Source of the DNA: Nemertoderma westbladi
Lineage: Eukaryota; Animalia; Xenacoelomorpha
NCBI GenBank assembly: GCA_032718475.1
Contig: JAUCBJ010008826.1
Location: 1-64,000, forward strand
Direction of reading: 5' to 3'
DNA length: 64,000 nucleotides
The notes under the pieces were generated by a model. The model ran no database searches, had not been told where the DNA came from, and saw only the letters and a program-made list of their open reading frames with translations. This document shows, piece by piece, positions 24,085-35,298 of this stretch; within the stretch, counting starts at the first letter, position 1; each line of letters starts with the position of its first letter. The translations under genes were made by a program, and so were the position numbers.

Positions 24085-24690
24085 CTTAAATAGTTAAATT
24101 TATAAACTTTTTAATTATAAATAAATTAGTTATAAATAAAATCAAAATTTTATTCCACCGATGGGCTACGTGGATGATTATCTACAACTTTGAGTTTCAT
24201 CATTTTCCCGTAGGACCTATAGTTTTCTTAAATAGCGAAATTTATTACCTTTTTAATTATAAATATATTAGTTATAAATAAAGTCAACATTTTATTCCCC
24301 CGATGGGCTACGCGGATGATTATCTACAACTTTGAATTTCATCATTTTCCCGTAGGACCTATAGTTTTCTTAAATAGCGAAATTTATTACCTTTTTAATT
24401 ATAAATATATTAGTTATAAATAAAGTCAACATTTTATTCCCCCGATGGGCTATGCGGATGATTATCTACAACTTTGAATTTCATCATTTTCCCGTAGGAC
24501 CTATAGTTTTCTTAAATAGCGAAATTTATTACCTTTTTAATTATAAATATATTAGTTATAAATAAAGTCAACATTTTATTCCCCCGATGGGCTACGCGGA
24601 TGATTATCTACAACTTTGAATTTCATCACTTTCCCGTAGGACCTATAGTTTTCTTAAATAGCGAAATTTATTACCTTTTTAATTATAATA
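24085..24690. repeat. ~138-bp tandem repeat (~4.5 copies) in the leader of copy 2
   Basis: Repeated CCGATGGGCTACGCGGATGATTATCTACAACTTTG...CCCGTAGGACCTATAG. Confidence 0.92.
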
Positions 24691-25238
24691 TTAGTAATAA
24701 ATTGATCAATTTACTTGAAATTTGGTACACGTATTTCTGGTACCCCCCCTTCATATTGTGTGCAAATTAAAAAAAAAATCGTATCTGCAGTTCCTGAGAT
24801 CGACTGATTTTGGACTAGAGTGTACATATATACTGCTTTGCCACTACCATTATAATTCGCATCATTTACCCACTACTGATTAGCCCCATTCAATAGATTA
24901 ACTGTAAACATTGTTCATATAGTGGATATGTGTATTGCTGGGCAGACTGGCTATAGTATAACATCCGTCATTAAACAACCCCAGTAGTCAGACACTGTGG
25001 TTATCATTAAATCAAATTGTCTATAAATAGTACACATTAGATGGCGGCCATATTACTACTGAGATAACGGCATACTAGCAGCTCTACCTACCTACTGTGG
25101 TTGCCAAGCCAACTCTGAATTAATTCTACCAGCGAACTGCCTTGGTGCTCTTCCCAATCAGATATCGGCAAGATTTATTTCTAATAGTTTTAATTAATTT
25201 TTAATAACTTTAAAACATTCTCACTCGGCCCCTAATTT

Positions 25239-26852
25239 ATGAATTTGGGACGGCGCTTTATCTTGGTAGCTACTGCGCCGGTTTTCTTGCAGGGAAAGGG
25301 CCCTCTCCACCCAGACAGGAGTGTGGAACGTGTGAGACCGAAGTTCAACTCACCTCCTACTGTAAGAAAGATCATCCCTCCAGTAGTAATATCAGACCCT
25401 AGGCTAGTCCAACATCGTAGGTCTATCATAGGCACTCGAGCTCAGGTCAAGCGAGACCAAGAAGCAGCGGAACAGCAGCAACACTCGAGCCGAGAACTTA
25501 TTTCGCAGCGGCCCGACAGCTCCAGTAGTGAGGATACTGTAGAGCTGACACCCGAGCACGGAGCAAAGATGACAGATGCGGTTTATTCGGATCCCCTTCT
25601 CATCCTTCCTGCAGCCGTACTCACTAGGGTATTGATTGCGGTGGAGGAACACCAGATTGATTGGGCGAGAAGTAAGCGATCGACTAAGGATAGTTATGCG
25701 GGATACACAAGGGAAGAACTGAAGTCTATTGTCGAGTCGCAATGGAACTTCCCCGGACCCAGACTCCCGCTTGACTTATCGGAAGCTGCCTGGGAAGACA
25801 TACACAGGATGGGAGTAACCAAGGAAACCATCGATCCAGCTGTGTGGAAGAGGTCCGCAGCAGGATACGTACAGGGATTCTTCAGCTCCATGGAGCGATT
25901 AGAGGAACAATTGTTTAGACAACCACAAGGACCTCAAGAGCAGGGAGAGCTGCTTTATCAAGTTCGAGAAAGAATTCTAAGAATCAGACTAATCCTATCG
26001 GCCTTTGAGGAGGCTTCGAAAAGAAAACAAGGCACGTCGTTGCAAGTTGCCGTAAAGACTTGGTTTCAGCGAGTGAGTCTCAAAGTTCAAGGAACTGCCC
26101 AGTGGAAATCTCAGCTGGCTGAGCGCTCAACTCATGGAGAATCAACAGACGCTACCTTTTCCCAAGTGGAAAGCGAAGCGACAGCAGAGAAACCGCATAA
26201 GAGGGATGCTATTGACATCTATCTGTCAGACTATCAACGCTTTGTAGGTGATGAAGAGTTGAGGAGAAGGCTGGAGGGACTTAGCCCTAATAGTGAAGGA
26301 GCCAAGCTTGTGTTGGACGCAATCGATGCGGATATGAGAGCTGCGAACCAAGCTAAATTTGATGAACGCCTCCACATCACTAGAGTCCAAGAAGAACAAG
26401 TAAAGAAAAAACGTATAGAAGTCAGAAAGACAGCGGCAGTGGCAGCAGCAGTGGCAGCGGCAGAAGCGGAAAGAAAAGCGACAGCGGCAGCGGCAGAGGT
26501 AGAAGCGGAAAGAAAGGCGGTAGAAATGGAAAGAAAAGCGGCGGCGGCGGCAGCGGCAGCGGCAGAGGCAGAAGCGGAAAGAAAGGCGGTAGAAGTGGAA
26601 AGAAAAGCGGCAGTGGCAGCGGCCGAAGCGGAAAGAAAGGCGGCAGTGGCAGCGGCAGAGGCAGTGGCAGAAGCAGAAAGGAGAGCGTCTGAAGAAACCA
26701 CCCAACTAGAATTGGAAAACATTCAGGAGAATCAAGACTGCATAAATAAACAGTTAACAGCTAGTCAAATGCAGATGATGGGTGGATCAACTCCCAAAAG
26801 ACAGGGATATACATCATCTGAGGAAGGCGATACCACCGATCTTGAAGGCTGA
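25239..26852 (+). CDS. Long N-terminal Gag extension with Ala/Glu/Lys (EAERKAA)n coiled coil
   Basis: 537-aa ORF directly upstream of gag. Copy 3 reads openly through the region homologous to ~26900-27050, suggesting an originally continuous ORF. Confidence 0.65.
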   Translation: MNLGRRFILVATAPVFLQGKGPLHPDRSVERVRPKFNSPPTVRKIIPPVVISDPRLVQHRRSIIGTRAQVKRDQEAAEQQQHSSRELISQRPDSSSSEDTVELTPEHGAKMTDAVYSDPLLILPAAVLTRVLIAVEEHQIDWARSKRSTKDSYAGYTREELKSIVESQWNFPGPRLPLDLSEAAWEDIHRMGVTKETIDPAVWKRSAAGYVQGFFSSMERLEEQLFRQPQGPQEQGELLYQVRERILRIRLILSAFEEASKRKQGTSLQVAVKTWFQRVSLKVQGTAQWKSQLAERSTHGESTDATFSQVESEATAEKPHKRDAIDIYLSDYQRFVGDEELRRRLEGLSPNSEGAKLVLDAIDADMRAANQAKFDERLHITRVQEEQVKKKRIEVRKTAAVAAAVAAAEAERKATAAAAEVEAERKAVEMERKAAAAAAAAAEAEAERKAVEVERKAAVAAAEAERKAAVAAAEAVAEAERRASEETTQLELENIQENQDCINKQLTASQMQMMGGSTPKRQGYTSSEEGDTTDLEG

Positions 26853-27048
26853 GGAAATAGATCTCGTCTAAGCAGACGTAGAAGAATGTCCCACCGTCAG
26901 AAATTGCCTGATTTGCACCCAGCTGTTAGAAGGCAACTAACTAACACAAATTTAGGTAGTACAGAACCCACAGACCAAATAATTAACATAGAAAGACATA
27001 GTAGATGAGCCCGAAATAATTAGGCCTGTTCTCGAAGCCACCCCTTCG

Positions 27049-30000
27049 GTGATAGAGACACCTGTACTCCCTGAACCTATCTCTAAATTCCCCCTGCACA
27101 GCATTAAGCTACCTGTGCCCAGCAGAACAGCCCATGAGACAGTTCATGTCCTGGACTCCGAGCGAAATATTAATGATTTGTCGCCCATTGTCCCTCGTCC
27201 GCCCGCTACAACGTTGGCGACTCCCGCTTCGGCGGTCGAGTGGGTGGATGAGAGACGGCGGGGGATGGATCTCCTGCTCGGGCAGATGCAGGAGACTGTT
27301 AAGCAGTTCAAGGGCACAGTAAGGGAAAGTAGGTTAGAGTTGCAAGAAGTGCAGCAAAGTATCGCGTTAGAACGCGATAAATTAGTAAATACACAAAAGG
27401 GTATACCACCACCCCCTGTAACAATGTGTCAACCTGTTAGGTCTGAAGTATTTCATGCGCAAGGTGTGGAGCCTACATGCATCTATACTGCTAGCGAAGT
27501 GGAAACTCCTATAGTAAACCCTATTAAGGGTAATTATAAACCTGTTGACAATGATATTCCATATAGACTTGATAATAATCCGAGAAATTTATATACCGAT
27601 AACTCGATATTAAATAACACGATGGCCCAAGAAAGTTTTACGCGTCAAATGGCTAGAACCGAAGCCCGTCAAGCGGTAAAGATGGGAGAGATCGTCAAGT
27701 TCAATGGAGATGAGATGAAATGGTTACCTTTTAATGAATATTACAAAGATAACATACAGAACTCTGTGCTATCTAACGGAGAGAAACTTAGATTCCTCAT
27801 CGAGTGCTTGGAAGGATCTCCCAAGTTAATGGCGTTAAAGTTTATTGGACATCCCGATGGATTAAGACAAGTTTGGGATACCCTAAACATCAGGTATGGT
27901 AATAGGAATAACATAGCTAGGTATTTATATGCAAAATTGGTAGCGCCCCGAAAGTTCATTAGCAGCGGGATAATAGAGTTTTCCGATGAGATTCAAGAGA
28001 TCTGTAGACAATTAGATTGGCTAGGTAAGTCTCATGAATATCAGAGTTCTATGGTTATTGGAGCTGTGGCTTCTACCTTACCGAAGGGTGGAGTAGGTAC
28101 ACGCTGGGATAAGAAAGTGTTATATATGATGGAACAGCAACGACGAGACCCTACCATGGCTGATCTCATGTCATTCTTAGATGGAGAAGTGAAATTACAG
28201 CTCCTAAAGCAGTCCAGAGAGAAGACACCGGAAAACAAGGTAAGTGAGAAACCCGTTTCTAGGAGAAAGGTAACCCCAGTGTGTTATACCGACGACGGCG
28301 AAAGCCAGGCTTCTCAAGGAGAGGACAGCGGGAAAGACACTGAAAGATCTTATTATGTCAATAAAACGCCTAAAGAACAGGTAAGTAAATTCAAGTCTCG
28401 AACCAAAGACAGGAGAGAACAGGTAAGAAAAACTCCTCCTACTTCTCCTAAGAGAATTCAGGTAAGAAAGCCCGAAGAAAGAACGAGTGTGCACAATGTT
28501 ATTCAAAATAAGGTAAGTAACATCAAACCGAAATGTGTGCTATGTGACGGGACCCATCGTTTGAATATGTGTGATGAATTCCTAAAGAAATCATTAACGG
28601 AGAGACGGGAAGTCATGTGGGATAAGCGGTTGTGTTATAATTGCCTCAGACAAGGACACCAACGGCGAACCTGTTACTCCGACACAAGGTGTGCAAAGTG
28701 CGGTGCGAAACATCATATCTTGTTGCACACTGAATTCGAACGAAACAGCCCGAGTCAGGTAAGTGATTCCGAACTACATGTCCAATTCAGTGATGTGAAC
28801 GACACTGACCAAAGTTCTGAGATGGAAGGATTCTATACGGATGAATTCTCCGACGAAGATGAATCCTGTTACATGATAAATACCGCAGTGTATCGAGCAC
28901 TTACGTATGAAAAAGACACAGACAGCGAGCTCACCCTAACTACTTCTGATCGACAACCATCTTGGAAAGCACTAACTTCCAATGTAGGAATCTGAGAATT
29001 TCCTGTAGTACAGTTAAGGGTCCACGGACCTAAGAGGAGTTATATAGTGAACGCCCTCCTTGACTCCGGTAGCACAGGAACATTCATCGACAAAGAACTA
29101 GCCGAAGACATCTTTGCTGGACAACACAAGTTCCGAACTAAGCTAAACATGTCAGGAATTATGCAGGTTTGGAAATCTACAGTAATAGCGGATTATTATG
29201 TAGGTGCGTTGTCCACCCCCCAGGATGAACTAGGAGAACACAGCATAAGGTCAGTAAAAATGGTGGCGATAAAGAACTTCGCTACCAGCCAAGTAGAACC
29301 TTATAACTGGGATGAGGACGATTTCACCCAGCAGTTTGATATACCTAGATTCAACACCGATTACCCTGGAGTGCAAATACTCATCGGTCAAAATGCGCAC
29401 GAGGCGCTCGAGACATTGGAGAAACGGCCTGCTCAACCGCAACCACTACAAGCTTATGCGGGAAGAACTAGAGTGGGTTGGTACTTTACTGGCCCTTCCC
29501 GTAGAACTCTCATGGAAAGATTACCGAAAGATCAGGTATATCAAGTAAGAGAATGGGAAGCGGAGAGCAGTGAGGTAGACGACCCAACTGAGGGAACACC
29601 ATACTCCTCAGATAATGACGATATTAACTCCAATGTAGATCAATGGAGACATTGCCCCAAGACGATTAATCTGGCCGACATCGCTTCCAGAGGAGCAACT
29701 CCTCAAGAACTGACAGATACTCCAGACAGGTTAGGTGGACCCGATTTCCTAAGTAGAGAAGATGAATGGCCTCCTCATCTTACCACGGCTGAGATTAGAC
29801 AAGCCAAGGGAGCGGAGAAAGTCAAACCTAAAACCCGGACGAGTAAATCAAGGTTATTTAAACCCGTGATAGATCTGTCTGTACTACACATTGCCAGGGA
29901 CGACGCTGTGGATCTAAACTCCCCCACCACGAACCGATCTGTTGTGGAGATCAGAGAGAGAGACTGGAGATCTGGAACACCAGACGTCTCGCCGGGACTC

Positions 30001-30273
30001 TCACCTCTCCTGCCGGGAGCGATGGACCACTATAGATCCTGGAATCGGCTTTGTAAGGCCGTCGTGTATTTGAAGCGATGTTTCTATCGTCACTATTCCA
30101 GGACGAAGAGGAAACCTGGAATTGTCTTCGAGATACAGCAGCTCAATCGCCCAGTTGGTCGTTTATGTTTACTGGAAAGAGACCGAGAACTGTCCGGAAA
30201 CTATGGAAGGCAAGATACTCTTCCCACGACCACCTCCCTAATCCAACAAACATCTAGGGACTCCCCAACGTAA
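27049..30273 (+). pseudogene. BEL/Pao gag + aspartic protease + fused pol remnants
   Basis: KFNGDEMKWLPF...EKLRFLIECLEG (DUF1759-like); triple knuckle CVLCDGTH..C, CYNCLRQGH..C, CAKCGAKHHILLH; LLDSGS. Stop at 28993. Deletions near 29625 and 30110 keep the frame open. Confidence 0.9.
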
Positions 30274-31902
30274 CATCGTCTGGAGTGGGTGTGTGACTAT
30301 ATTATTTTATATTCTTATTATTTTATATTTATGTATGTATTATTATGTAATTTTATTATAATCATTTTCTTTAATTTTATTTAGTAGAATGTTATTTTAG
30401 CGATTATTTAGTAGATTAGTGCAATATATATTAGTGTTTATTACTTAATTACTTATATATTATATATTTACAGCGACGGCGAGAAATAATTCTTTTTCTC
30501 TTTCCTTACTGTCCGTGTTACATTACAAATACGTAACTACAGTAAGATGAAATATCCGTACTTATTAAAGTACAATAAAGCCACTACTATATTCAAGTAT
30601 TATTGGTAGGCAGAGTATTAGGAATGCAAAGTTCAGATCCTCGTGTCTCGGCTAAACCAAGCTCTGGGTAGACCTTGGAAACGACTTGCCTCTTCACACT
30701 GACATTGCTTCGTGCGATATTGCTCTTCTACTTTATATTAAATAATACATATAGTAGCGTGATGTCCCTCTAACAGTAGCGTGAAACGCAAATAAATCTG
30801 TTAAACCTTTTGACCATCTGTAATTCTAGTCGATTAAGATATCGCGGCACCCACCGATATACTTGAAAGACAAATTCTAGAATCAGTGGTTAACGTCCCC
30901 AGACAAGTTCTGGAATAAACTGGTGCCCATCCTAAATATTAATTATTAATATTTACAAAATCTGTCAAATTTTAGATCCTTTAAAATTCTAGTCTATTAA
31001 GATATCGTAGCACTTACCGATATTCTTAAAAAGACCAATTTCCTAGAATCAAGGATCCTAGTCCCCAGACATGTTCTGGAATAAAATTGTGTCTATTTAA
31101 TATTAAATAATAAAATTTACGGGAATAAATTTAAATTCATATTTTAATGAATTTGATAAATTGTCATTTTTATGCAATTTATAACATTCCCAAAATTCCA
31201 TAAATTAATAGATCATGGGAGCGGAGATTCACCCTATTAAGTATATTAGTGTGCGAGAATCTCCAATATGTAGTCAATAGCCGATAAAATTCATAAAATC
31301 ATGTATAGAGAGGATATTGACCATTAAAGAATTACTATTAAATAGCATCCCAGATCTGTATGCATGAGAATTACCCTAATTCTACCGCTAGCTTTCCATA
31401 ATGTCACCATGGCAACAACCACGCTAGAATTAGAAGTGAGTCCAAAGAACAATAAAGCTTGCCCATTGAATAGCATAAGGAATAAAATAGCACACTACTA
31501 GTATCCCAGGATACCCAATAATAACGTGGCATTCTGGAAGGCACTGACTAATGGACAAATGGCCCGAATGTGTGCGATTTGTGACAGTTGTGTGGATTTT
31601 GTGCGTTTATAGGTGAATGTTACTACTAAAGTGTGTTTACAGTAGCGAGTCGCAATTGTGAAAGTAGCCCTAACTCTCCAGTAAGAACCTGAAGTAAATC
31701 TAAGCCTTTGGGACGGACGGTGGAGTGACTCGCGCTGGTTGTTGTAGTCGTTGTGCAGCTACGACGTTGGCGATAGGCACATCGGCGAAAGTACACCAGC
31801 GCTGAGGATCTTGCGCTGTCCGGGGGCTGAGAGGGGTAGGCAGCGACGCTCGCTAGCCTAAATATAAACTCATTATAATATTGATAAACTCATATAGCAG
31901 AT

Positions 31903-33259
31903 ATGACTGAGTTGATAGAAGATGATCTTGGTATCAGGGAGCGATATACTCTACCTTTACAAACGTTTGTTGATAGCTTGATATGCGGCGACGCTGGTCC
32001 AACTACTACAGAGGACGATGGTCGTTATATCGAACCGCCAATGTCCCAGGAGCAACTTACGCGTGAATTGGACTATAGAAACTTCACCGCTCGCTATACG
32101 CATCGTAATGGTATGCATATGGACTTCTTAACTACTGGTCATCCTATCGATTTACACGATATGGACGATGTCGACACCGAAAGGGAAATGGTACTGTTTG
32201 AGTATCCTACCCAGCGGAGTCGGAATGATAAACTGAAAATCGAATGCGAAAATTCTATTCGAAATCGACTCGAAAGAGAAGACATTAAAGAACCGGATAA
32301 ACGCGGTAACTCCAACGTATATTTGGAATTCTTGAGAGAAACATTGTAAAACCGAATAAATATCACCCGCGTTTCCCCTACAAGATGTGCGTCTTTGGTA
32401 TTATTGCAATGAATGCCCAAGACCCAACCAACAAACGGAAAGACATAAACATCCGTAGAGACGTTGCTTTAAACACGGTTACTCGCTATATTTACGGGAG
32501 TTTCGAGCGAAACTTGTTCGATGTATCACCTACGCTCGCTCGATTCAAACAATCCTTAAATAAACCTATGATCAGAGTTCCGGAATACTCGGTCAGACCT
32601 CCTCATTCCCTAGTTAGACCTCAGACTCTTGATCCTAATAGTATCATGGATCCTCCCGAACTGTACTCACTGTTCAAAGATCTAGTGCTACCCGAACAGT
32701 TAGTCGGTGGCACTCCGGTTGTGGGCTCCCTAAATATTCGCCCATCTTACCTAGTCGGATTGGGACGCGGACATCTAATATCGTCATTCAACCGTATCAT
32801 CGTCCCTGTTTAACCCGATACAACCTGTCACCGAAGCGGAGGAAAGAGTTGTACGAAACGCGTTGGACACTATTCGTCAAAAGATCGGAAAATGAACCTA
32901 CAATTGTTTAGAGAAACGTAAATTGCAGCAGCAAGTCCAAGCAGTAAACGAATTAATTTTATCTCAGTTCGATCAGGAAATTCAGAATCTCTAAGAAGAT
33001 ATCGAACTTGGACGACCCTATTCTCTGCAAGAGTTTTGGACAAACGCATCCAACGATAAGCAGAGGAAAATCAGCTCGAGGAGAAGCATATCGAAATGGA
33101 CGAGACATCGACCGTAACCCTAAACCTTCAGATGCAATTGTATTGCACCCTTTACCCAGGAGTTATAGCCCTCCTAGTAAAGTGGCTCGCCCCAAAGAGA
33201 AAAGGACTCTTGCTAGCCTCAAAAAACTGCGTAAACGCCGTCCGCGTAAGAAAGACTAA
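31903..33259 (+). pseudogene. Deleted remnant of the extra ORF in copy 2
   Basis: Same start (MTELIEDDLGIRERY) and end (KKLRKRRPRKKD) as copy 3. Deletions near 32345 and 33108 remove the exonuclease and knuckle region. Confidence 0.88.
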
Positions 33260-33337
33260 CTGTTTAGAGTATTTTTATATTTTAGAAACTGTGATTTTTT
33301 ATATTTTATAGACTTAAATCCCATTTTCTGGGAGCGG

Positions 33338-34503
33338 TGTAAAAGCTTTTGCGGAATTAGCCAGTTATTTTCCCCGTAAAGTACTCTGTAGTTGGTTTAA
33401 CAGGCAAAAAAGGCCGTATCCTTACTGTACTGGTGTTTTAGTGGACATAAAAAGCCATTTATTCTGTATGTGTACTTTAGCGGACATAATTAGCAATTCT
33501 ATGACGCAATGCGCTAGATCCTCTTGAAACAGTGTAGTTACTATGACGACAGCTAACAGCTGAGCTGTACACGTGTAGCTTTTTCCTTGTTCTCTGGTGT
33601 TTCTTTGTTCGGTCAACCAATCAGAGCGATTCTCCTGCTTTTTGTACAGAAACCTCCGGGAAATCGCGCAATGCATTATGGGTCAATGTTTACATTTTGT
33701 CCTGAGCCCAGAAGACCGGCTTTTGGAATCTCTGTGTTTTCAGTCTTTAGCCCAACATTAGTAGGCTTAATTATAGAACGTATATCTGTTATCTCACTCA
33801 CCTAATCATATTGTCAACTACAAACACCGCATTTTTACTGCTATTTACTGTCGGTTATTCATTATATCAGTGATGGAATATTATTATATTTGGAATACCG
33901 ATAAATAATTACAAAACCCTCAATCTTCTTGATATACTGAAGGTAAGAGAGACCGGTTACATATAACGATTGCGACTTACATTAAAGTGGTTTTGAAGTG
34001 AATCTAATGCTATTTCATAGGCACTACATGTATTGGTTGTTGTTCTCTTTATATGTGACTAAAATTAGTGAAGGTCGGCAGATCGGTGTGCAGCATTGTG
34101 CAGTATTGTGTGTGATTGTGACTGATAACAAAGCATCTCCTAAAGAATGCGCCATATACGTGAATCTATAGCCATCCCGTTGTGTCTAGTTTAAGTCATA
34201 ACTCTGTTTACATATTTAGAGCGCCACGTCCTAAAGGAACTGTTAATATTTCCTGAAAGTGAATAATATTTGTCAGAGATTATATATTACGATCAATCGA
34301 ATAATACAGTAGGCCTACACCGCAATACGGTTAGGCTTCCGAATCCAGTCTCCCGGGTATATCCAGCGGGTGAATGGTCGCGCATAGACTGGCTTTGGCT
34401 AATGTAGTGTATGAAATACTCGTCATAGGCTAAAGACGATTCATTATCTAGGAGACATCCCAATTTGGCAGGTTAAACTGCTAAAGGTCTAAAAGCGCGA
34501 ACA
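33338..34503 (+). repeat. 3' LTR of copy 2
   Basis: Preceded by TTTTCTGGGAGCGG and followed by the TSD CATCG. Confidence 0.96.
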
Positions 34504-34723
34504 CATCGTCCTCTTCTTCTTCATCTTTTTCACTCAGATTTTCCTCATTTTCTAGAGGTAACTGTTTTTGTATCCCTTTCAAAATATTCATAACTTTATG
34601 AAATTTATTTTCCATTGTCTGTTTTACCTTATCTTTAATATATCAGGCTGCATCTCTCTTTTTCTTTTCATCTTCACTAAAAATATCTTCGGATTTTTTA
34701 AATTTTTTTGATAACGGATCCAT
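34504..34723 (-). pseudogene. 5' part of the Polinton-like cargo gene (MDPLSKKFKKSEDIFSEDEKKKRDAA*YIKDK...EKDEEEEDD)
   Basis: Removing copy 2 and one TSD joins it in frame to E-MENVNSEG (ORF 19962-20348). It has one internal TGA. Confidence 0.7.
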
Positions 34724-34980
34724 TAGTTTTCCCTTCTATGTGTTTCCATATCACGAGATAGATTGCCTTGTCTCATTTCTTTATTACAAACCATACAACT
34801 TTCATGTCTATGCATTATATAGCAATGTCAATTGATAGTATTGAATTTTAGCTAAATGATTTTACAAAATTTTAAATAAATAAAGCTTTTGTGAAAATAA
34901 ATAAATCTTTTTAAAATAAAAATTAGAGAATGAATGGGAATGCGGTGATGTCCGTATTATAGAGGGAGGCTAGAAAGGAA

Positions 34981-35055
34981 TATCCAATCAGAGTGCGAGG
35001 GTGAGTTAGGCAGCCAATCAGGACTCGAGGGAGGAAAGTTAGGCAGCCAATGAGA
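34981..35055. promoter_or_regulatory. Three phased CCAAT boxes upstream of the cargo gene
   Basis: ATCCAATCAG, AGCCAATCAG and AGCCAATGAG about 30-32 bp apart, ~260-330 bp upstream of the ATG at 34723. Confidence 0.55.
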
Positions 35056-35298
35056 GAGCAGATGCGAGTACAGTGGTAAAGCTCATCCATGGTGAGATAA
35101 CGTCACACTAACTCTCAAGGATAGTTATACTCACCATTCAAATATCCCTCGCAAACCAGATTCCCCCAGCATCTAAAGTATTCCACTTCAAAGCAAAATA
35201 TATAGAGCTTTAGTTGGATTTGAACCTGTGCTTGTAAACTCTTTTGTGCTCGTATATTGAAATTTATTGTTCATATAATGCAATATAACTCGGCTATT

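Larger units (their letters stand above)
20356..34503 (+). mobile_element. BEL/Pao LTR retrotransposon copy 2, full-length termini, internally deleted (non-autonomous)
   Basis: LTRs at 20356-21522 and 33338-34503 (about 15 differences by eye) and 5-bp TSD CATCG. Gag and protease are present; RT/RNase H and integrase are deleted. Confidence 0.95.

Noticed and set aside
26226-26722. Antisense Cys/Arg-rich and Ala/Ser-rich ORFs
   Set aside because: Shadows of the (EAERKAA)n coding repeat.
18820-35173. Separate nested transposon defined by the inner 130-bp inverted repeat
   Set aside because: No TSD was found at its edges. It is more simply the inner part of the long TIR with an indel, though a separate element is not excluded.
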